From Frankiaceae bacterium (lineage in GTDB: Bacteria; Actinomycetota; Actinomycetes; JAFAQI01): a DNA stretch of 64,000 nt. The stretch is from contig JAFAZI010000031.1 in assembly GCA_019239875.1 (NCBI GenBank), forward strand, positions 9,233 to 73,232, read 5' to 3'. Positions 27,935-38,910 of the stretch are shown here, one piece after another. Every line of letters begins with the position of its first letter. The stretch's first letter is position 1. Under the pieces are notes generated by a model. The model was not told the DNA's origin. It searched no databases and worked only from the letters and a program-made list of their open reading frames with translations. The position numbers were made by a program, and so were the translations under genes.

Positions 27935-29289
27935 GCGCGTGCCCCCCCAGGGCTGGTCGGTTCGATGGTGGTTGATTCTGTCGCGTGCGCCGGCCCGAGG
28001 ACGCGCGCCGCGGTGACCGGCATGACGCGTCCTTTGACCTTCTGTGCCGGCAGCGATTCGAACTGCCAGCCGTTGCCGAGCTCGGCCGTCGGTCCGCTGA
28101 CCACCGTGGTGCCGGCCGGTCGGGCGAGGTCCTGGAGACGCTGGGCCAGGTTCACGATGTCGCCGACGACGGTGTACTCCAAGCGCTCCTCGCTGCCCAG
28201 AAGCGCCGCCGCGACCTCACCAGTCGACAGGCCGATCCCCAAGCCGAACGGAGAGAGTCCGGCGGCACCCCATGTGGCGTCGAGCGCCGCCTGCCGCTCG
28301 TGCATCGCCGCAGCCGCGGCAAGCGCCTGCGTCGCATGATCAGCCTGCGGGAACGGCGCCCCGAACACCGCCATCACCGCGTCCCCGACGTACTGCATCA
28401 CCGTGCCGCCGTGAGAGAGGACTGCCGCGTTCATCTCCCGGCGGTGCTCGTTCAACTGACCGGCGAGCGCCGCCGGGTCGGTGCGCTCCGCGATGCCGGA
28501 GTAGCCGCGAACGTCGGACATGAGCACCGTGACGGTCAGGCGCTCGGTCTGGCCCGGCTGGCCGCCCTGCTCCCGGAGCTTGCGAACGAGCCCACCGGGA
28601 AGAAGTCGCGACAATGTCTCGCCCTGTTCTTCCCGATCGACGATTGCCTGCTGCAGCATCCGTAGTCGACGCAGCGCGCCCTCCCGACCGGCTGTGGCAT
28701 CCTGCGCCAGATGCAGGAACAGTGCTTCGATCTCGCCATTGATCGTCTCGAGCGGGCAGGCCCGGGCGGCGGCGATCGCCTTGACCGTGCGTCCCTCGGC
28801 GATCATCCGCAGCAGGTCCTCCTCGGCTGGGGCGAGCTCGTCCGGGCCTCGCACCGGGGTCACGAGGGCAGCGACGATCTCCGGGTCGAGCATCGACCCG
28901 CCGGTCGCGACCTCGCGAATCGCACGGGCCAGCCGGTCGCCATCCGCGACGCGGTCCTTCAGCAGATAGGCGAAGCCGGCGGCGCCGTCGGAGAGCAGTG
29001 ACACCGCATACTCCGGCTCGTCGTACTGGGAAAGCACGACAACTCCCGTTCCTGGCAGCCGTCGCCGGATCTCCTTGGCGGCCTCGATGCCTTCGTTCTG
29101 GAACGACGGGGGCATCCGGATGTCGGTGACGAGAACCTGCGGCGCGAGCGACGACGCGGTGTCGACGAGCTCGTCGTAGTCACCGGCCACGCCGACGACG
29201 TCGACCTCAGGGTCACGATCGAGGAGGGCGCGCACGCCCTCGCGGACGATCAGGTTGTCGTCCGCCAGCACCACGGTGATCGCTTGCAC
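27931..29289 (-). CDS. response regulator (REC + degenerate LuxR-type HTH) fused to a class III nucleotidyl (adenylate/guanylate) cyclase domain
   Basis: The REC domain is about 60% identical over ~100 aa to the regulator at 22083 (IRMPP...VVVLSQY...LLKDRV...VATGGS). A LuxR-like helix follows (LLRMIAEGRTVKAIAAA). The C-terminal cyclase has the metal-binding Asp residues (VLMSDVRGYS, YVGDAVMAVFGAP) and the transition-state NxxxR (DIVNLAQR). Confidence 0.8.
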   Translation of the reverse strand: MQAITVVLADDNLIVREGVRALLDRDPEVDVVGVAGDYDELVDTASSLAPQVLVTDIRMPPSFQNEGIEAAKEIRRRLPGTGVVVLSQYDEPEYAVSLLSDGAAGFAYLLKDRVADGDRLARAIREVATGGSMLDPEIVAALVTPVRGPDELAPAEEDLLRMIAEGRTVKAIAAARACPLETINGEIEALFLHLAQDATAGREGALRRLRMLQQAIVDREEQGETLSRLLPGGLVRKLREQGGQPGQTERLTVTVLMSDVRGYSGIAERTDPAALAGQLNEHRREMNAAVLSHGGTVMQYVGDAVMAVFGAPFPQADHATQALAAAAAMHERQAALDATWGAAGLSPFGLGIGLSTGEVAAALLGSEERLEYTVVGDIVNLAQRLQDLARPAGTTVVSGPTAELGNGWQFESLPAQKVKGRVMPVTAARVLGPAHATESTTIEPTSPGGARA

Positions 29290-29450
29290 GGGGCCATTAA
29301 CCCGCGCCGGGGCCGATCAGCGAAAGGGGGGCAATGCCCGTGTTCTCGGATGCTGGCACCCCTACCGGTTCACGGGGCTGCGCCCTCGTACCCACCGAGC
29401 GCGATTCCTACGGTGACGGAAGGCCGCTGGACTCGGCGCGACCTTAGGGA

Positions 29451-30458
29451 GTGGTGGGGATGAAGGTAACTGGCAGCGCGACGTCGATCTCATGGATTCC
29501 CTCGGAGGCCGTCACTGGCCCGACGAAGGCAACGTTCGGGCTCGGAATCAGCCACTACGACAGCCCGCCGCCTGACGTCATCACGGATCTTGAAGGCCTG
29601 TGTGCCGCGGACGGCTTCCGCTTCGCGAACCGCCTCACGGTGACCGCCGAGTTCGACGGTGACCGCCTCGTTTCCCATGACGTCGAAGGCGGGATCGTCA
29701 TGGGGGCCACGACGGTGAACGTCGCCAAGCTCGGCGCGACCTTCGAGGCGGTGTCGCTGCCGGACCTGCGGGCGCCGGTGGAGAAGGGGCCCGGATGGGT
29801 CCGCGTCACGCAGACCTGTGGCGGTCGTACGGCGCTGCCGCTGCCTCGCCCGGTCCGTCACCCACCGTTCGTCAAGCTGCAGGCTCCGATCGTGTGGACG
29901 ACGATCGCGCTGACCCTGCACTCCGACGGCCGTACCGAGGTCGCGCTGCCGAGCGCGAGCCGGTTCCCGCGGCACTGGGTCTATGACACCGACGGCAAAC
30001 TCGTGCTCAAGACGGCGCTCGCGGAATATCACGAGTGGATGGCTCATTCGTTCGGCAAGCGGACCCCGTGGGGCAACGACGACTCACAGGTCGTGACGAC
30101 CGCCGCTGAGACCGCGCTGGAACGCGACCTGTCCACCCGGATCATGCGAGCCGACGCCACGCACGACGTGCACAAACTCGACGCCGGCACCGTCCTCGCG
30201 AAACAAGGCGACCCTGGCGACGAGCTCTACCTTCTGCTCGACGGTGTCCTCTCGGTGGACGTCGATGGCGAGTCTGTCGCCGAGCTCGGTCCCGGCGCGG
30301 TTGTCGGCGAGCGAGCCGTGCTCGAGGGAGGTCGTCGTACGTCGACCCTGACGGCCAGCACGAGGGCAAAGGTCGCAGCGGTGGCCGCCGCCGACATCGA
30401 CCTGGATCGCCTTCGGGAGCTGGCAGAAGGACACAACCGGGAGTCCGCCGACTCCTGA
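29451..30458 (+). CDS. cyclic nucleotide-binding domain protein with an N-terminal domain of unknown function
   Basis: C-terminal CAP-family cNMP-binding beta-barrel (LLDGVLSVDVDGESVAELGPGAVVGERAVLEGGRRTSTLTA). The N-terminal ~220 aa carries no domain I recognise, no TM segment and no HTH. It is divergent from the cyclase-fusion gene across a 161-bp spacer. ATG 29460 is an alternative start. Confidence 0.7.
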   Translation: MVGMKVTGSATSISWIPSEAVTGPTKATFGLGISHYDSPPPDVITDLEGLCAADGFRFANRLTVTAEFDGDRLVSHDVEGGIVMGATTVNVAKLGATFEAVSLPDLRAPVEKGPGWVRVTQTCGGRTALPLPRPVRHPPFVKLQAPIVWTTIALTLHSDGRTEVALPSASRFPRHWVYDTDGKLVLKTALAEYHEWMAHSFGKRTPWGNDDSQVVTTAAETALERDLSTRIMRADATHDVHKLDAGTVLAKQGDPGDELYLLLDGVLSVDVDGESVAELGPGAVVGERAVLEGGRRTSTLTASTRAKVAAVAAADIDLDRLRELAEGHNRESADS

Positions 30459-30745
30459 GTGGCGATCGGTCGACACCGATGGGCCATGCGCCCCTCAGGC
30501 GACGCCGAGCCGTGCGAAATGGGCGGTAAGAGTGTCCCCGGCCGCCCTTTCCGCCCGGCTCGGCGATCGTGTCGACACCGATGGGCCATGCGCCGAGGTG
30601 ACGCCGAGCCGTGCGAAATGGGCCGTAAACCCCGGCATTTTGGCCCGTTTCGCGTGGCTCGGCGATCGGTCGACACCGATGGGCCATGCGCACCCCGACC
30701 TGCGCACCGATGGGCCATGCGTGCGCGGCGCTCGGCGATCGGTCG

Positions 30746-30750
<5 letters not shown>
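30459..30750. repeat. intergenic tandem repeat, ~3 copies of a ~100-bp unit
   Basis: The unit core GGCGATCG(G/TG)TCGACACCGATGGGCCATGCGC recurs at 30461, 30562 and 30661, with a fragment at 30706. Each copy is followed by a second conserved block, GACGCCGAGCCGTGCGAAATGGGC(G/C)GTAA (30501, 30600). The period is 99-101 bp with roughly 85% identity. It lies between the convergent 3' ends of the cNMP-binding gene and lon. Confidence 0.8.
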
Positions 30751-33109
<2,359 letters not shown>

Positions 33110-33201
33110 TGCCTGTCTTCGAGCCGATCAGAGTTGAGTCCGGTTCGCTCAACGGCAGGATGCGCCAGATTGTTTCCGGTGTTCGCTCTGCGAGAACGCC
33201 G

Positions 33202-35127
33202 CTACTTCCGCGCGATCGGGGCGGTGATCAGCTCGTCAGGAATGCCGAAGGCCTCGACAAGGTCGGAGGCGAACGGCCGTAACGCATGACAGAGGTCGTT
33301 CACCGCAGTGGTGATGGCCTTGCTTCGAGTGGGCGTGAGCCGGTTGTGTTCGAGGAACCAGGCGCGTTCGGCCTCGATCGTCGCCAGCGCGTGAAGGTCC
33401 GCAAGCCGCGACATCAACACCTTGGTATCGCCATCCTCCATTCGCTCGACGGCGGCCGCGAACGCCTCCATGATGCGGGCGTCGGCGTGCGCGCGAGCGG
33501 CGAGCAGCAGGTGGTCCTGCGCGTGATTGAAGACGACGAACGGATCCTCGTCGGCCTCGAATCCCTTCTTGAGGCGCCGCGCGACACCCTCGAGCGTGTG
33601 CTTCTCCCGGAACGCGATCAAGGACAGCTGGTAGTCGCGATCCGTGAGGTTGGTGTCCTCGTCCGTGCCGGGGATCGCGTCGACGATGCGTTGGAACAGC
33701 GCCCGCGCTCCGGTGCGCTCGATCACGACTTCGGCGACGTGCTCGGCGACGAACCGCACCGTGCCGATGCTGTCGAGCTCACCGAACTCGGCCTGGAAGT
33801 TGGTGAGCAGGGTCTTCGCGACCAGCTGGAGCAGGACGGTGTTGTCGCCTTCAAAGGTTGTGAAGACGTCGGTGTCGGCCTTGAGTCCCGCCACCTGGTT
33901 CTCGGCGAGGTAGCCCGCGCCGCCGCAGGCCTCGCGGCAGTCCTGGATGGTCTTCGTCGCATGCCAGGTGGAAACGGCCTTCAGTGCGGCGGCGAAGGTC
34001 TCGAGCTTGCGCCGAGCCGCATCGTCGTCGGTGCATTCGGTTTGAACCTCGTGGAGCTCACCGACCAGTTCGGCCTGGGCGAAGCTGAGGGCGTACGTCT
34101 TCGCCAGAGCGGGAAGCAGCACTCGCTGATGGGCCAGATAGTCGAGGACCGCGATCTCGGTCTCGCTGTCCGGTGCCTTGAACTGCCGGCGGCGGTCGCC
34201 GTAGCGAACCGCGATCAGCAGTGCTTTCTTGGCAGCGCTCACGGCCGCACCGGAAATGCTGATCCGGCCCTGAACCAGCGCGCCCAGCATCGTGAAGAAC
34301 CGCTTGTTCTCGCTCTCGATGGAACTGGAGTAGGTGCCGTCCGCTGCCACCGTGCCGAACCGGTCGAGCAGGTTGTCGCGGGGGATCCGGACGCCGTCGA
34401 ACGAGATCCGACCGTTGTCCACGCCGTTCAGGCCGGCCTTGATGCCGTCGTCCTCGATGCGGACGCCGGGTTGGATCTCGCCGGTCTCATCGCGGATCGG
34501 AACCAGGAACGCGTGGACGCCGTGTGACTCGTCGTTAGTGATCAACTGGGCAAACACCGCCGCCATCCGGCCGTGGCGCGCCGCGTTGCCGATGTAGTCC
34601 TTGCGCGCCTCGTCGTCGGGCGTCGAGATGACGAACTCATCCGTCGCCGGGTCGTAGGTCGCCGTCGTACGCAGCGATTGGACATCGGAGCCATGACCGG
34701 TCTCGGTCATCGCGAAGCAACCGGGGAGGGCGAGCGACAAGATGTCTTCGAGGTAGCGGTCGTGGTGCCGCTTCGTGCCCAGGTTGCGCACGGTGCCTCC
34801 GAACAGCCCCCACTGCACGCCACCCTTCACCAGCAGGGAGAGGTCTCCGAACGCCTGCGTCTCGAAGCCACTGATCGCACCTCCCACCTCGTCGAGGCCG
34901 CCGTACTCCTTCGGGAACAGCAGTTTGGGCCCGTCGCTCTTGGAGATTGCGAGGGCCTGCTCGAAGATGTGGTCGCGCTGCTCGTCGAGGGTGAGGCCCT
35001 CACGCGGGACGAACACCGGATCGCGCAGCGTCTCGCGTGCTTGGTCGCGGACGTCCGCCCACCGGCCGTCGAGCAGTCGGCGGATCCTTGCCACATCGAT
35101 GTCCAGGTCGAGGGCGTCGATCGTCAT
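33202..35127 (-). CDS. acyl-CoA oxidase
   Basis: 641 aa with an acyl-CoA dehydrogenase/oxidase fold (CFAMTETGHGSDV, ACGGAGYL) and an ACOX C-terminal domain. Confidence 0.85.
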   Translation of the reverse strand: MTIDALDLDIDVARIRRLLDGRWADVRDQARETLRDPVFVPREGLTLDEQRDHIFEQALAISKSDGPKLLFPKEYGGLDEVGGAISGFETQAFGDLSLLVKGGVQWGLFGGTVRNLGTKRHHDRYLEDILSLALPGCFAMTETGHGSDVQSLRTTATYDPATDEFVISTPDDEARKDYIGNAARHGRMAAVFAQLITNDESHGVHAFLVPIRDETGEIQPGVRIEDDGIKAGLNGVDNGRISFDGVRIPRDNLLDRFGTVAADGTYSSSIESENKRFFTMLGALVQGRISISGAAVSAAKKALLIAVRYGDRRRQFKAPDSETEIAVLDYLAHQRVLLPALAKTYALSFAQAELVGELHEVQTECTDDDAARRKLETFAAALKAVSTWHATKTIQDCREACGGAGYLAENQVAGLKADTDVFTTFEGDNTVLLQLVAKTLLTNFQAEFGELDSIGTVRFVAEHVAEVVIERTGARALFQRIVDAIPGTDEDTNLTDRDYQLSLIAFREKHTLEGVARRLKKGFEADEDPFVVFNHAQDHLLLAARAHADARIMEAFAAAVERMEDGDTKVLMSRLADLHALATIEAERAWFLEHNRLTPTRSKAITTAVNDLCHALRPFASDLVEAFGIPDELITAPIARK

Positions 35128-35423
35128 CAGGTCCTCCCCGCGCGTTGATCTTGACCCAGATTTACCCGGCGCCGGGCGGAATGAACACCCGTTCTCGCGG
35201 GCATAAATGCGACGTATAGGAAGCGAGAGTTCTCATGCCGTCACATCGATCCGGGACTTTCATGCGCGAGCGGGAACGCGAAACGCCGCAGAAAGTCGCG
35301 GAGATCAGATATCGCAAGCAGGGTATGCCGACCAGACGGACGATCACATTGCCCGACTCGAAGGTGCGCAGCCCGCAGCAGACCAAGGGCTGAACTGCCC
35401 CAACCGACCTGTCCTGGCGGGAA

Positions 35424-36428
35424 TCAGGCGCTGACCGCCGCCACATCCTCGGCAGTCGCGCCGGCTTCGGCCAACGCCGCCACCAACTCATCCTTCGTCA
35501 TCGAGGATCGACCTGCGATGTCGTGGTCCGCAGCGAGCTGGGTGAGTTTGGCCTTCGACAGCTTCTCCAACTGCGGCCGCGCTGCCCCCTTGCCCTTCGA
35601 TGGGGCATCCGGCTTGGCGGACCCGCTCTTCGTGGACTTGCTGGCCGCCTTCCCGGTGCGAGCGACGGACGCCTCGAGGGCGGCCATGAGGTCCACGACG
35701 TTCGTCTTCGGCTTCTCAGCCTTGGCGACGACCGCCTTGCCCTCGCGCTTCGCTTCGATCAGCTCCTCGACCTTGTCGCGATAGGTGTTGTGGTACCGCT
35801 CCGGCTCCCATTCGACGGTCAAGGACTCCACAAGGGTCTTCGCGACGTCGAGTTCGCGCCCTTCGAACCGGCTCTTGTCCGGCAGCGAGTCCAACTCCTC
35901 GCTCGCCGAGCGGATCTCCTCCGGGAAGAACATGGTCTCGACGACGAGGACGTCGTCCTGCGGCCGGATCGCGACCAGGTGCTCCTTGTCGCGCAGGATC
36001 AGGGTCGCGACACCGATCTTTCCCGACTCCTCCATGGCCTGTCGCAGCAGGGAGTAGGCCCGGTCGGCACCCTTCCCACGCGGCGCCAAGTAGTAGGACT
36101 GCCGGAAGTAGATCGGATCGATCGATTCGAGGTCGACGAAGTCACTGATCTCGATGAGCTCGGATTTGCCCGGAGCAACCTCCTTGAGCTCTTCCTTGGT
36201 GACGATGACGTACTCGCCGTCGCCGAGATCGAACCCGTTCACGATGTCAGAGGCCGGGACCTCCTCGCCGGTCACCTCATCGACCTTCTTGTAGCGGATC
36301 CGATTCCCAGTCTTGCTGTTGAGCTGGTTGAAATGGATCGTCTGGTCCTCGGTGGCGCGGAACATACCGACGGGAACGCTGACCAGCCCGAAGCTCACGA
36401 AGCCGGTCCACAATGCCCGCGCCATCAC
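35424..36428 (-). CDS. ku: non-homologous end-joining protein Ku, with C-terminal Lys-rich tail and SAP/HeH-like motif
   Basis: Ku core (LWTGFVSFGLVSVPV...IRYKKVDEVTGEEV). The C-terminus is KAEKPK.../SKSTKSGSAKPDAPSKGKG followed by LTQLAADHDIAGRSSMTKDELVAALAEAG. The start may be the second Met (36425). Confidence 0.85.
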   Translation of the reverse strand: MMARALWTGFVSFGLVSVPVGMFRATEDQTIHFNQLNSKTGNRIRYKKVDEVTGEEVPASDIVNGFDLGDGEYVIVTKEELKEVAPGKSELIEISDFVDLESIDPIYFRQSYYLAPRGKGADRAYSLLRQAMEESGKIGVATLILRDKEHLVAIRPQDDVLVVETMFFPEEIRSASEELDSLPDKSRFEGRELDVAKTLVESLTVEWEPERYHNTYRDKVEELIEAKREGKAVVAKAEKPKTNVVDLMAALEASVARTGKAASKSTKSGSAKPDAPSKGKGAARPQLEKLSKAKLTQLAADHDIAGRSSMTKDELVAALAEAGATAEDVAAVSA

Positions 36429-36478
36429 ATCTCCCGTCGATTACCGGTATTTGATTGTCGCATGCGAGGGTCACCCCG

Positions 36479-37756
36479 ATGACTGTCGAACTGGACGCTC
36501 CGATGTCGGCGATCGCACCGGGCGACCTCTCGCGGCTGCGCCGGATGAAGGCGACCGCGACCGGTTTCCTCGCCACCGCTGCCGTGATCTATGGGTGCAC
36601 GTTCATCGGGTCCGGCGGTGGCAATGGTCTGGTCGGCTTCGTTCGGGCAGGGTCGGAAGCCGCGATGGTCGGTGGCCTGGCGGACTGGTTCGCCGTCACG
36701 GCGTTGTTCCGTCGCCCGTTCCACCTTCCGATCCCGCACACCGCCATCATTCCCAACAAGAAGGACGAGATCGGCTCGAAGCTCGGCGCATTCGTCACGG
36801 CTAACTTCCTGACCGCCGACCTGATGACTCGACATCTTGCAGAGGCGAACATCGTCAGCAAGGTCGGGCGCCGGCTACGAGAGCCGATGTACGCCGATCG
36901 GCTCGGCGTCGAGGTGTCGCACGCGATATCGGTTGCGCTGGAGGAGATCGATCCAGACGCCGTCGTGAGGTTGGGAGTTGAGCTCGCCCGGCGCGATCTC
37001 GAGCGCCGTTCCTATGCCCCGCTCCTCGGTCAGCTGCTCGAGCGTCTTGTCGAGGGCGACGTGCAGCGTCCGCTCGTCGAGCTGATCACGTCCCGCGCCC
37101 ACGCGTACATAGCGGCAAATCGCGCCGAGCTCCAGCCGATGTTCAAGGAGTACCTCGAAGACCAGCACTTCTTGCTCTGGCTCGCGATCACGGACAAGCG
37201 CACTGATCGGCTGATCGACCTGGCCCTGCGGGTGTTGGACGAGATGACCCGCGACGCGCGCCATCCGCTGCGCCGATCCATCGATGGGATGTTGCAGTCA
37301 CTCGCCGAGAGTCTGCAGTCCGACGGCGTCGCGGCCGCGCGACTCGACGCGATCGCCAAGCAGATTCTCGACAACGACTCCTATCAGGAGCCGCTGCGCC
37401 ACTTCGTCAGGGACGCCGTCGCTTCGTTCCGGACGATGCTCGACGACGAGCAGGGTGCCCTCGCGGCGTCGGTCTCGCAGTTCATCCAGGGCATCGGTCA
37501 ACGAATCGAGAACGACGCGGCGTTCGAGGCGATGCTCGAGGCCTGGTTGCTCCGCATCACCTTGCACGCCGTCCGCGACTACGGCGACGAGCTCACCACC
37601 CTGATCCGGCGCACGGTCGCCGGTTGGGATCCGACCGCCGCCTCCCGGCGAATCGAAGTGGCCGTCGGGCGTGACCTCCAGTTCATCCGGATCAACGGCA
37701 CCGTGGTCGGCGCACTGGCCGGGCTCACCATTCATGCCGTGACGGTCGCGGTATGA
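36479..37756 (+). CDS. DUF445 domain-containing membrane-associated protein
   Basis: Similar to the DUF445 family (WFAVTALFRRPFHLPIPHTAIIPNKKDEIG). The track ORF starts at TTG 36455; I prefer ATG 36479. Confidence 0.65.
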   Translation: MTVELDAPMSAIAPGDLSRLRRMKATATGFLATAAVIYGCTFIGSGGGNGLVGFVRAGSEAAMVGGLADWFAVTALFRRPFHLPIPHTAIIPNKKDEIGSKLGAFVTANFLTADLMTRHLAEANIVSKVGRRLREPMYADRLGVEVSHAISVALEEIDPDAVVRLGVELARRDLERRSYAPLLGQLLERLVEGDVQRPLVELITSRAHAYIAANRAELQPMFKEYLEDQHFLLWLAITDKRTDRLIDLALRVLDEMTRDARHPLRRSIDGMLQSLAESLQSDGVAAARLDAIAKQILDNDSYQEPLRHFVRDAVASFRTMLDDEQGALAASVSQFIQGIGQRIENDAAFEAMLEAWLLRITLHAVRDYGDELTTLIRRTVAGWDPTAASRRIEVAVGRDLQFIRINGTVVGALAGLTIHAVTVAV

Positions 37757-37839
37757 CGGCTGCTTCGGAATCCGTTGCGATTGCGTGACGCTGCCAGCGT
37801 TTCCGTTGACGCAGAGCGCTTACCCCATAGGATCCGGTC

Positions 37840-38910
37840 GTGGATCATGCTCAGGGGGAGCCACAACCCCCACCGGCCGCGATTCGGCTGACCGGGCTTC
37901 GGAAACGCTTCGGTGACACGGTCGCGCTCGATGGGGTCGACCTCGCCATCCGGGCCGGTGAGTTCTTCACCATGCTCGGGCCTTCCGGCTCCGGGAAGAC
38001 GACGATGCTGCGGGTGATCGCGGGCTTCGAGCAACCGGATGCCGGAACCGTCGAGTTGCACGGTGAGGACGTGACCCAACGACCGCCGTACCTGCGTGAC
38101 GTGAACACCGTGTTCCAGGACTACGCGCTGTTCCCGCACATGGACGTGCAGGACAACGTCGAGTACGGCCTGCGGATCCGCAAGGTCGATCGCTCACGTC
38201 GACGGGAGAGAGCCGCAGCGGCGCTCGAGCTCGTCGGTCTCGCCGGTCTTGGTTCAAGGAAGCCGAGCGAACTCTCGGGTGGTCAGCGACAGCGCGTCGC
38301 GCTGGCGCGCGCGATCGTCAACGAGCCGTCGGTTCTCCTGCTCGACGAGCCGCTTGGCGCGCTCGATCTCAAGCTGCGCCAAGGCATGCAGGTAGAGCTC
38401 AAGCGAATCCAGCGTGACGTCGGCATCACCTTCGTCTACGTCACCCACGATCAAGAAGAAGCGCTCACGATGAGCGACCGGGTCGCGGTGTTCAACCGCG
38501 GCCAGATCGAACAAGTCGGCTCACCAGTCGAGATCTACGACCGACCGACTACGGAGTTCGTTGCGGGGTTCGTCGGCGTCTCGAACCTCGTGTCACATGG
38601 TGGCCAGACGTACGCGATCCGGCCCGAGCGCGTACAGCTGCTCGACCCGACCGGCGTCGCGCCGACCAGCGCCGTACTCAGCAGGGGGACCGTGACGGAC
38701 ACGGTGTTTCTCGGCGTACTGACCCGCTACACCGTGGCGCTCGACGACGGCGGGTCGCTTGTGGCCGTGCGACCGAATCTCGAACGCGGGTCGCTCTCGG
38801 AGAGCGACCTGCGCGGTCAGGCGGTCATCGCCGCCTGGCAGCTCGATCAGGCAACTGACATCGAAATGTCCGCCGACCTGGCGGGGGAGCATGTGGAGGA
38901 ATCAGCATGA
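37840..38910 (+). CDS. potA: spermidine/putrescine-type ABC transporter ATP-binding protein
   Basis: Walker A GPSGSGKTT, signature LSGGQRQRVALARAI, Walker B LLLDEPLGALD, and a C-terminal TOBE-like domain. Confidence 0.8.
   Translation: MDHAQGEPQPPPAAIRLTGLRKRFGDTVALDGVDLAIRAGEFFTMLGPSGSGKTTMLRVIAGFEQPDAGTVELHGEDVTQRPPYLRDVNTVFQDYALFPHMDVQDNVEYGLRIRKVDRSRRRERAAAALELVGLAGLGSRKPSELSGGQRQRVALARAIVNEPSVLLLDEPLGALDLKLRQGMQVELKRIQRDVGITFVYVTHDQEEALTMSDRVAVFNRGQIEQVGSPVEIYDRPTTEFVAGFVGVSNLVSHGGQTYAIRPERVQLLDPTGVAPTSAVLSRGTVTDTVFLGVLTRYTVALDDGGSLVAVRPNLERGSLSESDLRGQAVIAAWQLDQATDIEMSADLAGEHVEESA

Noticed and set aside
33286-34527. 413-aa ORF antisense to acyl-CoA oxidase, and similar long antisense ORFs (e.g. 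15289..16512, 11768..13162, 50675..52189, 57471..58625, 60200..61288)
   Set aside because: All lie fully inside strongly supported genes on the opposite strand and have Arg/Gly/Asp-rich non-protein-like composition. These are high-GC open-frame artefacts.
36455-36478. TTG start for the DUF445 gene given by the ORF track
   Set aside because: TTG with no RBS 24 bp upstream of a good in-frame ATG (36479). The shorter form is preferred but not proven.
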